Notes: generated by a model not told the origin, from the sequence alone. Positions 22,344-36,854 are shown, numbered from the whole stretch's first letter. The stretch: 59,434 nt of DNA, filler included, from Circinaria calcarea (GCA_051942165.1; 8 parts of 8 records of this genome joined end to end with filler, not necessarily neighbours in it), one strand, 5' to 3'. Program-made: numbers and translations.

Positions 22344-25300
22344 TAACAACCCTACACCTCCCCACCGGCACCACGCCGACAATCTCCTGCTTCCTTAACC
22401 CCCTGATCAACTCGCCTTCCCTCCTCATTCCTCTTTCCTCCTCGAACCCTTCGTCCCCGACCCCCGGCATCCGCTTCTTCCTCTCCCGGTCGCCGATTCC
22501 CTTGACCCAACTCCCCAAGATCTCCCGCACCGCTTTCCCTTTCTTCATCGCCCCCGGTTGCATCTTGACCCTCCAGCGGAGTTTCGAGCCAATGGCATCC
22601 CAGGGGGCGCAGACGACGAGGAGATCGAGGATCTCGTCGCCGGGAAGAGGCGTCCCCACCCAGGAATCCAATAAAGTCAGTTCTGCCTCTTCGTCCGAGT
22701 CGAGCGTCACAAGGCCTTCTTCTAGGTTGAGCCGTCTGATTTCCTCTAGTTCTTTGCCCGCTTGTACAGTACGTTGATGTTGTTCTCTGCGACGTTCTTT
22801 TTGCGCAGCGAGGGCGGCATCACGCTCGGCTTTAGATACGGCATCCGCGGCTGCTTTTTCTGTTGCTGCTGCAGAACCTAGGAGACGAAGGGCGAGAGCT
22901 CGATCTTCTGGGTCTTGGTTGGCGTATTTCGTCTTTTGTTTGCTGCGTTGGCCATGTTTACCACGAACACGAGGAGGCTGAGGTTGGGATGATGGTCTAG
23001 TGGAGGTGGATGCTGTTGCCATATTCGAGTCTGCAGAAAGGTCCCGTCCACTTGAAGTGGTACTGGGTTGCTGAGAGCGACTATCAATAGGTAAAGGTGC
23101 CCCTTTTCGAAGAAGGCGACGCTCTTTAGCGGACAGATGGCGGACACCAGATTTCAAACTATCTTTATTGAAAGTGAGAGCGTTATCCGGCTGAACTTTA
23201 TCTCCTGACTCCTCAATTTCAGACCCGGCGCTGTCGTTGTCTACTTCGGCAGTGGAATTCTGCCCAAGCTCGTCATTGCTTTGAGGTGATGTATTAACGT
23301 GCAGCCCATCTCCATAATTTGCAGGTCTCCCGTTGGATTGGAGTGGATTAGAATAGTTTCCAGTCATATGTTCTTCGTTGTCCTCGCCAGAATTACCCTC
23401 ACCATCTGATTCGGAAGGCTGATGCTCACTCTCGTGATCTGAATCCGAGGAGTCCGTCACTTCATGGCCCTGATCTTCTTCGTCAATTTCATCTCCCTTT
23501 CCGTCTCCCTTTCCATCATCCATGTCACTCTCGGTAGCCAGGACATCTTCTTCAAGCTCCGCTTTATTGTTGCTGGCCGATTCTTTCTTTGGATCTTCAT
23601 CGTGCAAGCGGTGTTTAAGATGTCGAGCCTTGCTTTCTTCGCTAATCTGGAACATTACACCAAAGCCCAGGAGCAGCTGCGCCGGAGGCAAAAAGTTCTT
23701 CTTCCCGCGAATCATGAAACCACCCGTCGTCAGGTACTCTCCGGTAGGCGCTGTTTTGGATACTTGATCCGAATTGACCCACCAAGCTGACATGACAGCC
23801 TTCGAATCCCATGCACTTGACGTCGCTACAGCCAAGGTACCAGCCTGTGAAAGAGTTGACGGCGGTATAGGTGCGTCTGGCGTGTTTGGCCTATTCTTGA
23901 TGATGACCGATGCGCTTCCGCTGATATCAGAATGTACATAAATATCGCCCTTTGCCAAGTATTTCTTATAAAGGGTTTCGTTTTGCTGTGCATCTCTACC
24001 ACCAAGAACCAGATAACCGTCAGAAGATATAAAGTAGTAGAATTTTTCGAACCATAGTTGCTTCCGTAAGGGTCTCAGAACCTGTTTCTCTTGTTTAAGC
24101 CCCCTTTTCAAGTCCGCGTTGATCTTCTTCTCAGTACTTTTCAAGGCGATCGCAGATGACTGTAATGTCTTCTGTTCCTTGACTGCTGCGGTTTTCTTGT
24201 GATCATAGTATTGGCTGGCATTAGACCAGGGGGAAAGTGCCAGGTCTATATCAATGGCAAGCCGTTTGTCGACAGCCTTGGTAGGGTTTGGTGGGTCTTT
24301 CTTCCTGACGCCCTCATCCTCATTATCAGATACTTCACTATCAGAGACATCATTGTCAGTCCCGTCGCCTTCACTGCCAGAGATCTCACTATCAGTCTCG
24401 TCACCTTCATAGTCTCCCTGGTCATCGAAATCAACCTCGGCGAGTAACAAAGTAACAGTATTTTCATACAGTTTGAGAGGCAATTTGATTATTTCGGCAA
24501 CAGGGTTTTGGCGTGCCTGCTCCATCTCTATTAGACGGGCAATCTCGACCCAATCCATCCCTTGAGCAATTAGTCCATTCACAGCAGCGATAGCTTCATG
24601 CACTCTTTGCAAATTAGCTTCCACGGCTTGCGCTTTGCGAATGTTGAGCTCCTGAACCTCTTGGAGCCCACCGACTCGCTTCTGGTGATCTTTCCTTGCA
24701 GCCTCCAACTTCTTTCTCGCGTTTTCTTCTCGCTCGGTCAACCGAGATTCAAGCTTCTGAGATTCAATAGAAGAGAAAAACTCGTCGACAGTCCGGTTGA
24801 ATCCTTCAAACTCTAGGATCCGGATTTCGGGGTTCCCCTCAAATTGCCGAGGCCGGAAAGGGTGAAAGTCTTCATACAAGAAGTTTCCTTTCTGTCCAAT
24901 CACATCTTCCGCCTCTTTGCCTTGATCACCCTCAACACCAGAAGGCTTTGCTTTGACGATCTTGGCAACAATATAACCTTTGGCGATTTCCGCACTTGTA
25001 ATGTCTGCAACTACTCTGTTTGCTTCTTCCAGGACCTCCAAGAGTTTATCTGAAAGCGAATCGTTTTCTAATACATCTTTAATAGGTATAGCGGGATCGA
25101 AGCCCTTGATTCGAAATGCATGATCAACGAGCATCGGCGGGAACTCGTTCAGGGAGGTAGCCAGAGCTTTCCGCAAGGCATCTCCAGGCTTCTTCTTTGA
25201 CTTCTTAGCAGGCGCTGAGCCTTCACTTGCTGACCTTTCCAAGGCTCTAGATAGTCCGTCTCTAATTCTTTCTTTTGATAGCACTGGCGTGCCCCCATAA

Positions 25301-25876
25301 TTTTGACGATTTTCCAATGAGTACTTCAATCCTACGCGCAACTCCTGCTCTTGTTCCTCACTGACTGTACGTAAAAGGGCAAGTATGGTGAGCTCTTTAT
25401 CCGCTAGTACAATGTTACCACCCGCATAGAATTCCAAAAACAGTTTGTATTGCCCATCGCTAAATTGAAACTCGATGATTCGATCTGTGCCTACTTGAGA
25501 GACTGATGTGACCCTTCGTGTCCGTAGGTATTTCCTTAGCCGTGTCACAAACGCTGAAGGAGCAGCTGCGGTAGCTCTGGTGAAGCTAGTAAGATGACAA
25601 CGAAATCCGGAGTCTATGATCATCTGCTGCCGCTGGTTTGGCTTGGCGAATTTGAGAAGAAATATGCGCTGTAGATTCGTTTAGTAGCGACTCAGATGCT
25701 TTCATATCGGTATTACCTACAGAGGATAAGTCATATACGTTTGCGAGTCGGAGAGTACAGAGGGCGTTTGATAACTCATGCGCGATGACCTGAGACTATT
25801 CAGTAACTTGCGATTCGGAAGACATCGAGAGTAGAGCAGTCACCTTGACGTCCAAGGAAGAGAACCGTTGCTTCAT
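22344..25876 (-). CDS. RQC2: Ribosome quality control subunit Rqc2/Tae2 (NEMF, NFACT family); last codons cut by contig edge
   Basis: MKQRFSSLDVK exon 1, LRLANVYDLSS exon 2, then a long exon with WFEKFYYFISSDGYLVLGGRDAQQNE and SKTAPTGEYLTTGGFMIRGKKNFL. Confidence 0.97.
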
Positions 25877-26107
25877 AACTCTGATCTAAGTTTTCGATAG
25901 TTTACAAGAGTTTCTAGTGTCAGGCTGTCTGTGTTTACCGCGTAAATAAATGCAATTGCACAAACTATGATGACGCAGGAAACTCGTTATCGATAAAAAG
26001 TCTCAATTTTTTCAGCCATCTCCGAAGCGGTTAAGCAAAGGTACTAGCTAGGATAGCCGTACCACAGTAATTTGTCAGTAAGCACTATTATAAGCCATAT
26101 CTCCCTT

Positions 26108-26220
26108 AAGTTGTTGCTCAACCGTGCCACCCCAGCCATTGGTCTGTGCCAGCCTTACTTGACCAACCTTTAACCCTGTATCCAAGCAACGCACGGTTCG
26201 GTCCGCTTGAGCAATAACTT
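26108..26220. mobile_element. Hairpin/MITE-like element, second family member
   Basis: Ends aagttgttgctcaa / ttgagcaataactt are inverted (1 mismatch); internal part resembles 1981-2036. Confidence 0.5.
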
Positions 26221-26847
26221 CCGAGGCACATTGTACTGTCTGAGCGGGAGTCCGATTGGCTTATCGAGAGTAAATTATTAATAAGCTCTATTAATAAATT
26301 ATCATCTTACAGCTACTCTGCGGTAGCGCTTGGTTCTATTCTTGCGGAAATCGCTGGGGGGAAAAAGAAAACAGAACCCCGAGAAAACGTCCAAGATTTT
26401 GCTCCCAACGATGAACCCCCAAAAACCCCATAGGCAGGCTTATGCCAGTTTTTGCCATTCGCTTGGCCTTAAAAGGCTTGCCAGATTACAGTAACGGCCT
26501 TGTAGTGAATACACGAAAAAGGCTCCGTAAAGCTAAGAAGGGGGCTCTCACGTCGGAAACTCAGTGATGGAAGGGGATGATGCCGATAACGAAGGTGACC
26601 TCGCAATGGGCGGGGATGGAGAAGAAACGATGAAAATGGAGAAAGCGAAGAGGTGGTGGCATTGGCGGAGTGGAACGAGAAAGGGACTGAGGGAGGTTTA
26701 CGTGCTGGGGAATTTAAGGCTGCGCTTGGTAAAGGAGGTAGCGAGGGCATGGGTGGAAAACGAGAAAGGTATCGAGATACTTGGAATGGAGGTACGATCA
26801 ATGGAGAGCCTGTTGATAGATAACATTAACTTAACTATAATCATACG

Positions 26848-27766
26848 TTAACTAAGCTCCGCTACGCGCAACCGCTTCAACTCGCTGTCTGGAAGCTCTG
26901 ACCTAATCCCCTGACCGTCCGGAATCTCTGTGCTAATTCCATAACCATTCAGCGGCGGGAAAAGGTCTCGCTTCAAAAGCTCTACCGGTGTCCCGTACTC
27001 ATTTTGCGATGGCAAGGAGTTTTTCTTCCGGCCGCGTTTGAATACAAATACCACGAGGGCTGCCAACAGAAGGATAATGGGGACGCTAACGCCGAGACTA
27101 ACCCCTAGACCGATTTTCTTAACGCTGGACGAACTAGGGTTTGCAGGTACTGTGGGGACGTTTCCTGCCGGGGTTGTTGAGGTGGAGGAGATGGTAGCTG
27201 AAGAGGTTGTGCTGGTCGAGGAAGCTGTGCTGGTCGAGGAGGTTGTGCTGGTCGAGAAGGAAGCTGTAGAGGAAGTAGTTGATACAGTCAACGAGCGATC
27301 GGAGATGTTAAAATAGTGTGATGTGGTGGCATCATTGTCCAAATTTCCGGAGGGAGCCAGGCTGAAGAAGAAGACATCTGAATCAGTGAGCAAGAAGGAT
27401 TGAGTTGTGACCCTCCAGGTATAACTGCCCTTCTCCTCTTCTCCCTCGTCTTTGGCTACCAATGAATTAGGAAATCAGCCAGAGATGATTGAACAGTTCA
27501 GTGGCGGCAAGCAACTCACAGTATATAGGGTTGCCCAGTGCCGCAGCAGATATATCGATTCGCTGTTGGAAAAGAAAAATGGAATAGAAAGTCTTATCCG
27601 TTACCCATTGCAGCGTTGCGTCGCCGTTGAGTTGAAAGACGACATTTTCGACAAAGAGTGCATTTGTTCCCGCGGCAGGTGGTTTAGTCCAATATGAAGG
27701 CGGGTTCAGCGTTTGGCAGGGCAAGAGAAGGCTAATAAATAGCGCAAGGAACAGGAAACGGCGCAT
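26848..27766 (-). CDS. Secreted, Ser/Thr-rich single-pass membrane protein (Mid2-like architecture)
   Basis: Signal peptide MRRFLFLALFISLLLPC, one GTGAGT...TAG intron, SHYFNIS motif, S/T tract, TM segment IGLGVSLGVSVPIILLLAALVVFVF, cytoplasmic EL repeats. Confidence 0.85.
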
Positions 27767-28321
27767 TCGGATGATGGGGTGGTGCTCGCCGGACATGAGA
27801 AATAGCAAACAACGGGTTACAAAGTGACTTTACAAAAGTGTGCGGAGGAAAAGGTACTTCGAGGCTGCCCATAAGGATCTGTTTGTATAGCCCGAGGGCG
27901 GCTGCAGGTGCGGGATTTTGGAACATCACATCTATATTGGTGGCGGATTTCGGGATCTAAACTGCTCCCTAATCATGCTGTCAATGACAAGACCATTGCC
28001 CCTGTGCCACTGTTGTGTGTTGAGACAGGTGTGAGTTGTGAGACAAGTATTGATCTGGAATGCGGGTACCCGAGTCGGGCTTAAATACTCTGTGCTACGG
28101 CAAATTTACTCGAAAGGCCAGGGGAAACCGATCATAGTCATTAAGTCCATATACAGAGTACTGCATATTATTCAAGGCTCTACGGAGCAGTTGTCTTCCT
28201 CATCTTCTTCTTTTCATATCTTCTTTTCCGCTTGCCTTGATCATCTATGCTATTTACACCCTGGTACTCGATCTATGGTGGATGCCTACAGCTTCCATCA
28301 CTCCTATACACATCCCACACC

Positions 28322-29569
28322 ATGCCCATGTCGCAGGCCTATTTACAGATCAAGCAACCGCCATGGCGATACATCGCTTTCACCGTTGTTGTGTTCTTCG
28401 CTGTTGTCGTTATGCTTCTCGCTACTCGTCGTAGCACCCCTTCGATATTACGAGGGCATGTCCCTGGCGCGGCACACGACGAGGGGCCCGAGCTTGCGAA
28501 TCACATCTCGAATGCTACTCTTGGCGTAGGACCGGCCCAACCATCCCCCAATCAAGTCTTCCGGCTGATGTCTCCCAAAGTTTGAGAAGATTCTCGCAGT
28601 GAGCCTTCCCGAGCGGACCGACCACCGGGATGGGCTGATCCTCGCAAGCGCAGTGAGCAACATCAAGATAGAATTTGTCAATGGGGTACAAGGCGGTGCC
28701 GTCCCTGAGAAGGCCTTACCGCCTGGAGAACATAAGGGTCTGACTCCCAGCACTATTGGAAGCTGGCGCGCGCACCTTAACGCTGTCGCGAGGTTCGGTT
28801 CCCCTGAATGCAGAACTGTTGGCTTTGCAAATGCTCATGGGGTGTTCGTAGGGTAGTACACAATAATTATACCTCCGCTCTCATCATGGAAGATGACGTG
28901 GACTGGGATGTACGGTTGAAGTATCTGCTCAAGGATATTGCCCTTTCTGCTCACGCCCTTGCCCAAAACAGTGATTCTTCCACCATCGAATTTGGCAACC
29001 TTCCGCAAACTACGCCCCCGAAAATTTCCCCATACGGCGACGACTGGGATCTTCTCTGGCTGGGACATTGTGGGATGAAACTACCTGGAGCGGGTCTGGT
29101 TGTACACAGCAACGATCCTTCTGTTCCCGAACCGCAGTATCTGCACTCTTGGGACATGGATGAGAGGACGCCGCTGGGGACGTTCCCCGCTCACACGCGT
29201 GTTGTCATGCGCCAAAGTACAGCGTCTGTATGTTCGCTTGCGTATGCGATCTCCCAGCGCGGCGCGCGAAAGCTGCTCTACGGCTTGGGCCTCAAGAAAC
29301 TGGACGCGCCCTTCGACGTCATGCTGAGAGCCTGGTGCCAGGGTTCGGATGGTTACGAGCAGCATATTTGTCCAGGCGTACTGCCGCAGCTTTTCGACCA
29401 TCACAGACGCCGAGGACCAAAGAGCGTGGATAGCGATATCAGTAAACCAAATGAGGCCTACCGCGATAAGCCGGTGACGCTCAATATCCGTTGGAGCGTC
29501 CGGATGAACATGGAGAAAATGCTGCGCGGGGAAACGGATTATGACGACCAATACCCAGATACATTGTAA
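28322..29569 (+). CDS. Glycosyltransferase family 25 protein, type II membrane anchor
   Basis: NATLG|FEKILAVSLPERTDHRD, IGSWRAHLN, SALIMEDDVDWDVRLK, PYGDDWDLLWLGHCG, CSLAYAISQRGARKLLY, NIRWSVRMN; two introns. Confidence 0.92.
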
Positions 29570-29690
29570 TGTCTATTGCATCGGTCGAGGGAGCGTCTGG
29601 TGTCAAACAACCTAATTAATACCCAGGCTCTCAATTCTTGTATATATTTATATCTATATACACATCATCGTCCCCCCTGCAGCGTGCTCC

Positions 29691-29790
29691 NNNNNNNNNN
29701 NNNNNNNNNNNNNNNNNNNNNNNNNNNNNNNNNNTTAATTAATTAANNNNNNNNNNNNNNNNNNNNNNNNNNNNNNNNNNNNNNNNNNNN
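29691..29790. other. Artificial contig linker
   Basis: N44-TTAATTAATTAA-N44. Confidence 0.98.
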
Positions 29791-29808
29791 CCACGAAACC
29801 CCGCAGCA

Positions 29809-29985
29809 ATGATCACAGACAACGACCTCTACTCCCTCGCCATCTTCCTCGGTTCCCTCGCCATGCTCCTCATTGTCCTCTACCACTTCCTCGAAGTCAA
29901 TGCCAAAGACGACGATGACGGAAAAGTCAAAGTGGCAGGCGCGGCGGGCATCGACGAGAAAAGGGGAAAGGTGGGAGGGCGATGA
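29809..29985 (+). CDS. OST4: Oligosaccharyltransferase subunit Ost4 (58 aa; below the ORF-track cutoff)
   Basis: MITDNDLYSLAIFLGSLAMLLIVLYHFLEVNAK matches the Ost4 pattern. Confidence 0.92.
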   Translation: MITDNDLYSLAIFLGSLAMLLIVLYHFLEVNAKDDDDGKVKVAGAAGIDEKRGKVGGR

Positions 29986-30560
29986 TGGCGGAACGGAGTG
30001 GGGGACACGTTTCTGGATTCTGAGGAAGTAGATTATGGACTGGGTACCTTGCTTGGCTTGAGATATTGGGAAGAGGGTGGGGATGTGGGGCAAGTGTAGT
30101 ACTGAGGGGGGTGGCAGTGGCTCATGCTGTCAGGGGCTGTTTTATAGCGTGCAAGGGAGATCTGCCTGTTCGGAAGGGGTTCATGGGATATGGCTCCGGC
30201 CAAAGGCACTTCGAATAGCATAGATCTGAAGGTGTCATTACTGATCCATCTGCATTTTAAGAGGCGGGAAATATACAATAAGCTGTTAATCTTGCTATCA
30301 GCCGAGATATTGTGCTACTATACAATGAGGTGAACTTGAGTAATGTCTCGGGTGACCTGACCAAGTCCCCAGAAAAGTATTCAATGTCCTAGTCTTCTCC
30401 AAAACAGAGCTTCGATAAGGACGACCGTATTAGACCGCGTCCCAAGCATCATATCATTCATTTCTGCGTAATATGTATTGCATAAAGTGTTGTCAATGCT
30501 GTTTTTCTGCTTCTGATCTGCATCCACCCAGAGATACACCTCCTTGCCAATGCTTTCAGA

Positions 30561-33500
30561 TTAGGCTCCTCCCGGGCTTGGGGTTGAACCTGTTGAACGG
30601 TTCAAGTAAGTTTCTCGAGCCCCTTCTTCGCGTATCAGCGGGGTGACTTGTCGACCTTCTGCATCACTTAGGTAGTCGGACATTTCGACATCTGCCACCA
30701 TGATAAGCATTGACACAACGAGGAGCATTCGAGATTCTTGCTAACCAGAAGGGTGAGCATTTGGGCCATCACCCAGCTTCCATGCCAACGACTGGAGATG
30801 ATTCTCCTCGACGTGTTGCTTGATTTCCTCCTCTGTTGCAAAGGCCGCGTGACGAGTTTGCGACTGTTGAATCATCTCACCTGGTCCATCTATCTCCAAT
30901 CCGTCGCAATCGCGCCATAAACAACGTAACGTTTCTTTAGCCTTTTGCTTGCAATGCAGTTTGTACAAATGCTTTCGGAGTGTCTCAAGGTTATGTAGTT
31001 CTGCCTTGCAGCCCTCCCATAGACATTTGTATACTTGATAAGATGGGGAGGTCGGTTGTCTCGACCTCGGTGTTTCTCTTCTCTTCTTGGAATTTCCATG
31101 CGGACCTCCGCTACGCTTCAAGCCAGACAGTCTTGACGAAGCTAGGCTAGGTGACCGCGATGGCACCATGACGAATATTCCATCTCTGGGTGGAGTAGGG
31201 GGTTCCAAGAGACTTAGGGCTTTAGCAGGCCCCAGTGGCCGCCCTCTACGTTTGGGTGTATTGGAGTCATCGGGATGCACTGTATTTTCCACACTTGGTC
31301 GCTTTTTCCCCGATCCTGGTGGACGACCACGTTGCTTCTCGGGGGTTTCTGCTGGGCTACTGATTATGGGTAGTTGTACTTGGATTGATGATTGACGACG
31401 CTCAGAACTGCTCGGACCAGGTTCTGTGGTAGTTGTTCCTTCACGAAACGCAAATTGAGAGATATCAAGGGGCAGAGGATTGCCATTACTTCCGCCAGCT
31501 TGCCGCTGTTGAGATTCGCCTGCGGTTGGGCTTTGGGTTGTGTGTCCATGTGCGACTATTCGGCCACCCGAACTGTTTGGTGGTAAACGTGGGGTAGGGG
31601 GGATTTGCGGCTGTTGCAAGGGTTGTCGGTGCAGTGAGCCTCGTGTACCCCTTCCGCTTCCGCGCGGCCGGCCTCGACCACGACCTCTAGAGGGTTTATT
31701 TGTGGGTTCTGGTGGCTGAACAGGTATGTTTGCATGTTGGCTAGGCGGTTGCTGACGCTGTACTCCACGAACGCGAACGGTACCTCGGGACCGTGAGCCT
31801 TTGCCTCGCCCAGCTAACAACATGCCCTTAGCTTGCTGCACAGACTCATTGTTCGCTGCCAATCAGGTTAGTGACTTTGACGCTTTGTGAGAACAGTACT
31901 TATCCCTACCCTGAGCTACAATGTCCACTTCACCGTCCATGTCAGCAGCGACTGCAACTATCTGCCCATGCCTTGCCGCCGGTTGAGCATCGCCTCCTAG
32001 ATTCGTCATTTGAGATTCTGGTGCGTGATGTGCGTCCTGCCCACCAAGGCCTGCCACCTTCGGCGTTGGTGGACTTGGTCCACCTGGATCGACAAGGTCC
32101 CAACGGAAAGTACTCAGGTCGGAAGTGTCAGTGACGTTTTCAAAGGATTCGTGGAGTTTTAGAAGATGCCAGTTGAGTGACTTTTCAGTTGGATGCTTTC
32201 CCAAACTGATCAGAATATCCCGGGCAATTGTTTTGCCGTTGTAGGTACTCCGCCTCAATGCTTTCTTTTTCTGCATTGGCTTTACAATGTCACCCAACCT
32301 CAAGGTATCCCCTTCGGACAATGGCCCTGTGAACATTGGATTTCCCGGCAGCCCTGCGATTGCGGAGGTGGGGTTACCGTGAACCAAGTTATTCGCATCC
32401 TGTGGTTTCGACTTGCCTGATTGCGATCCATTGCTGATTGCTGGGTTTGGCGAGCTCATGTAAATAGGACCAGCGGGCAAAGAGCTATGCAGTTTCGACC
32501 GCGCCTTTTTATATTCCTCGATGGCGTTATCTTCGGATAGATCTTCAGTCAAGTCAACAATTTCATTGAAAGACCGTTTACGCGCCATCTCGGCCTTTGT
32601 GAGGGTTGTTGGCGGTGAGTCGTGTACTTCTGATTTGCTTACATTAGTGGCTTCTGAAGTCCAACCTTGCTTAGACGATATTTCTGAGTGAACGCCATCC
32701 GACACCATAGGAGCAGAATCATTCCCCAAACCGTCCTTGCGTCCGTGAATCTGGAAGCCAGGCGTACGGATAGGATGTCGGGTTTGTAAATCAACTTTGC
32801 CATAATTCATTAAAGATTCCTGGCTCACATTCCGCTTGTCAGCCCATCTAATGGTTTTTGAAGGCTTATGTCCTTGCGTTAGTTCAGAGGTCGGTTCACT
32901 CAAAGCGCTTACTCCAGACCTCTGGAGTGGTGCGAAAGGTGACATAGCTCCAGGTGGTAAGTCTTGAGAACGCCATGCGCTGTAACCAGGTGGAGGTTGT
33001 GGGAACTCTTGCGTGGAAGCTGCAGGGCCACCTGACTTCACAAAACCTGGTGGCGGTCCCTGTCTCTGGTCAAAATGCCCTTGAGCAGGTCCCGAAGGTG
33101 TTTGGACGGCTCCTCCAGTATAGACACCATTGGCATATGCGTTGCGGGCCTCGGTAGCGGTCCCATGACTCGTAGAGCGTTGGTTGGACACAGATGCTGT
33201 GGCAGGCTGGGCCATACCATTTGATGTTTTAGTAATAGCCTGAGGAGTATTTAAAGTTGTATCACGCTTTTGAGGCGGGAGTCCACCATTACGCGGTCGA
33301 CCTCGACCCCTTTTTGGAGTATCCTGTGCCAATGCAGGACCTGATGCCTGAGGGTTTGTCGAGGGCACAGCAGACAGTAAGCGTTGAGCAAACTGACTTC
33401 GGTGAATAACAAAACCTTTGTTTTCAAGTACGTCACACAGTTGGCTATAGGTTGGGCCCTGGTCAAGCATAGCTTTGATTTCTTCCGTGGAGATATTCTT

Positions 33501-35890
33501 ACCTACATTTGCAGCAGTAGACATCAGTGTATCCTTTGCAGCCGCTGCAAGTTTAGGCTTACTTTTTTCTGGCCACTTCGTTCCGCCCGAGAATGGTCGC
33601 GGTAACCTCCGAAGTTCTTTTGATGCTGCTTCAGGGTTTGCTAGGGACTGCGGTTTGGGGGCATCATGTAGGTGCATATTTACCAATGAACTTGGCCTTG
33701 ATGCCGCTACGCTGGGTTGATCAACCACCATTGGGTTAGGATGATAGAACTCTTGCATAGCTTTTCGTAAGGACTCGGCGGGCGCTACACCTTTCGCCGA
33801 GTCTGATACCGTCGTTGAACCAAGGGTAACTGAAGGACCTGAATATGGTGAGGCATGTGATAAGAGCGCTGCACCCATGTGCACTCCATCCAAAATTTCA
33901 CTGGGTACAGAACTTTGGTTATCAACCAGTCTGCCTACAGTGGTGTCTGAAGAAGGCTGTTGCTCTTCAGCACCCCCCGATGGGTATGGCTGACCACTTT
34001 CAAGTATCTCTTTATCAATCTTGCTATTCCGTCGTCGTCTTTGGACCGGAAATCTACCAAGATCTGGTGTTTGCCCGACAGGGCCAGTTTCATCCACTTC
34101 TGCCATCAGGGCCGGTTGATTGTGAATCAAGCTTGGACTGGGCGGCTGCCCATTTTCAGGAATAATTGGTGAATTTACCTCCATAGCTCTACTAGAAGTA
34201 GCCGTTGAAGACCGAGATTCTTTCACCGGGTTAGGTGCTTGTGAAGAGGAACGTATTGGGGGCTGGCCCTAGAGCATTCCCGTTTGTCAATCATGTGCTT
34301 CTATATGATGAAGTAAATCTACGAGAACTGTGATACACAGGAACGAAAAAGGGTATGCCAAGATCGAATCTCAATAGAAAAGAAAAAACTAACCTTCTTA
34401 AATTCTTCCCAGACCTCCAAAAACATTGACGGATCCTGCGCCTTGAGATCACGCATTTGCGCAATAAATGATCCAAACGATGCCTTGATCTTTGCTTCCT
34501 TTTTCTCTTTGGAGCTGTTTGCCGTAGATGTTGTTAAATCGGCATTCAGGCCTGTTTGAACCGGAGGCTGTTTCGACGAAAAGCCGTTCGAGTCAACAAT
34601 TTCTTGCGGTAAATTATCTTTCATCACTTCTCTTGCAGCTTTTGCTTTTACCCCTGCAGCTGCTTGGCGTCTTTGATGCTCATACTGATTGAATACCTGA
34701 TTAGGATCAACTGTCATGGGATTATCGCTACTGATATGCGGTACCATCTTTACAGTACCATTTACCTTCTCGTTCGCAGTTGTAGAAGGCCTATCTGGTG
34801 ACTTGGCTGCCTGTTGAGATTGTACTGGTATTGTATGGTTTGAAAGCCCCTCCTCTGCTCTTGTTGCGGTAGTCGAACGATTTCCGTCACTATTTCTTGC
34901 TTGTTCATGAAAAGGCATAGGCCTGTGCATTGGGGCATCATATTCTTGGCGCGGTGAAGCGATCCTCTGCTCGATGTTATTTGACGAGCGGTGGTCATTA
35001 CTAGTGCCATTGGTAGTATTAGACTTTTGCGATGCGGGTTTCCTCTGTTCGGAGGAAACAGGATGATGAGATGGCTGCGCTTGTTGCGTTAAAGGTGACT
35101 GATACGAAGGCGGCGGCATTGGCTGATACCCACTAGGGTAATTTCTAGCAATATATGGTCCTTCGCGGCTGGTCCCATAACCTTGTCGAGCTGGGTGTTG
35201 TTGATTTGAATGTCCATTGAGTAAACTGTCACTATTGCCTCCTTGAGATTGAGTCGGCGACGCGGCTGCAGAGCTTTCCGATCGAACGGGAGCTTGACCT
35301 TGCGACTGTGCCAAAGCACTGGCTGCTACAGCAGTCGTGTATGGTACTGAACGATTGTAAATCACATTAGAGGCTAGCCTGGAATCTTGACTGTCAGGTC
35401 TAGACTGATGCGAAGTATTGATGGGCCTAGACATGGTAGATCCATAATTGGGGGACGCATTCGAATCCCTGTGCGGAGGTAACTGCTGAGCTGCAGCAGT
35501 GTGTTCCACCGAAGGACTATCTCTTCCTAATGCTGAGACATAAGCTAAGCTTCCTAGTGCAGAGGTATCAACATAAGGAGGACGAGCATTCGGCGCAAAG
35601 TATGCCGGAGGGTGTGGTATTGCATTCCCCCTGCCTGTCCGCTCGAAATTATCGTTGGCACAACCATAGCCAGGATATGCAAATACCGTAGATATCGAAT
35701 GCGAGGGAGATGAGCCAGTAGAAGGTTGCTGTTGCGCGCTTGAATACCCGTTTACTGGAGAAGCTTGATGGGTGCGGTAATGAGCCCCGGCTCCAGACTG
35801 TTGCTGGCGATATGACTGCTGCTGCCCATTTGTCGGTTGCTGGTCTGAGTATTGAAAGTAGGGCGAGTAGTTGTAGCCACTGTAAGACAT
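30561..35890 (-). CDS. Large low-complexity nuclear protein with AT-hooks and a C-terminal C2H2 zinc finger (4 exons)
   Basis: Consecutive ORFs 34319-35890, 31863-34226 and 30741-31862 plus a last exon ending at TAA 30561. RGRPR/RGRP AT-hooks, IARDILISLGKHPT...LNWHL block, YKCLWEGCKAELHNLETLRKHLYKLH. Confidence 0.85.
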
Positions 35891-36278
35891 GGTCTCGCTC
35901 AGGTTGCAGTCCCAATATCCATCTACAAGCCCACCCAGGTCACACTCTTCCCACCGAATCTTTCCCCCTCTTCTGATAGACAGGAGCCTGTGTCCTAAAG
36001 ACCAAGGGAACGCATTAGCCAGTGTATCTCTGCTGGCAACATTAGGTATCTTCGGTACAAACCTCTCTTGATATTATTTGTACATATATATCACTCCTCC
36101 AACGCGTTGCTGGTTTATAAAGTTACTTGGATTAGCGCTAAGAGCCAATCAAACCAGAGGCCGGAAACCCTACAGGTATTAGCGTCGGCAGCTGCCGTCA
36201 CCGCACACAATCGCCTATCCACGAAATTCAACATTCACGAATCTGAGCTGTATTATCGGTGTCGATATAACCACCACG

Positions 36279-36854
36279 ATGACGAAGATAAATACCTGTA
36301 TGTATAGTCAATAGCCTTGGCCGGTCCAGTGGCTGTACAGAATGCTGATGGACCGAATTCTCCAGCTCTCCACTCCTCGCGGAGGAAGTCGCGCAAGGCA
36401 CACTTCAGCGCCCCGTCAAGTGTCCGCCGGGTGATTATGAGCGCACCCCTAGACAAAGAACTACGAGAGAAGCACAATGTATGTCTACCGTATATCTACA
36501 CGCGACCCGAGAAGACTTATGGTCCTGATCCCCAGGCCTTACCAAAAACTGACTGCACTCCTACGCCAGGTCCGCTCAATTCCCATCCGCAAAGACGACG
36601 AAGTCAGGATCACTCGAGGCACCAACAAAGGCCGTGAGGGCAAAGTGACCTCCGTTTACCGTCTGAAATACGTCATTCACATCGAGCGTGTTTCCCGCGA
36701 AAAGTCAAATGGCCAATCGGTACCAATTGGCATCCATCCATCCAAATGTGTTATCACAAAGTTGAAGGTTGATAAGGATCGGGAAAACATCCTTGAGAGG
36801 ATCGCAAAGGGGAGGGAGGAAAAAGCGAAGAGAGGGAAGAAGGATGATGCATGA
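36279..36854 (+). CDS. RPL26: 60S ribosomal protein L26 (uL24)
   Basis: MTKINT exon, [48 protein letters not shown]...[11 protein letters not shown]; two GT-AG introns. Confidence 0.97.

Noticed and set aside
22502..25053. Antisense ORFs inside RQC2 (similar ones occur inside other long genes)
   Set aside because: Shadow frames of real coding sequence.
14897..36854. Apparent RNA/translation cluster (TPT1, RQC2, RPL26)
   Set aside because: The genes are on three different contigs joined artificially.
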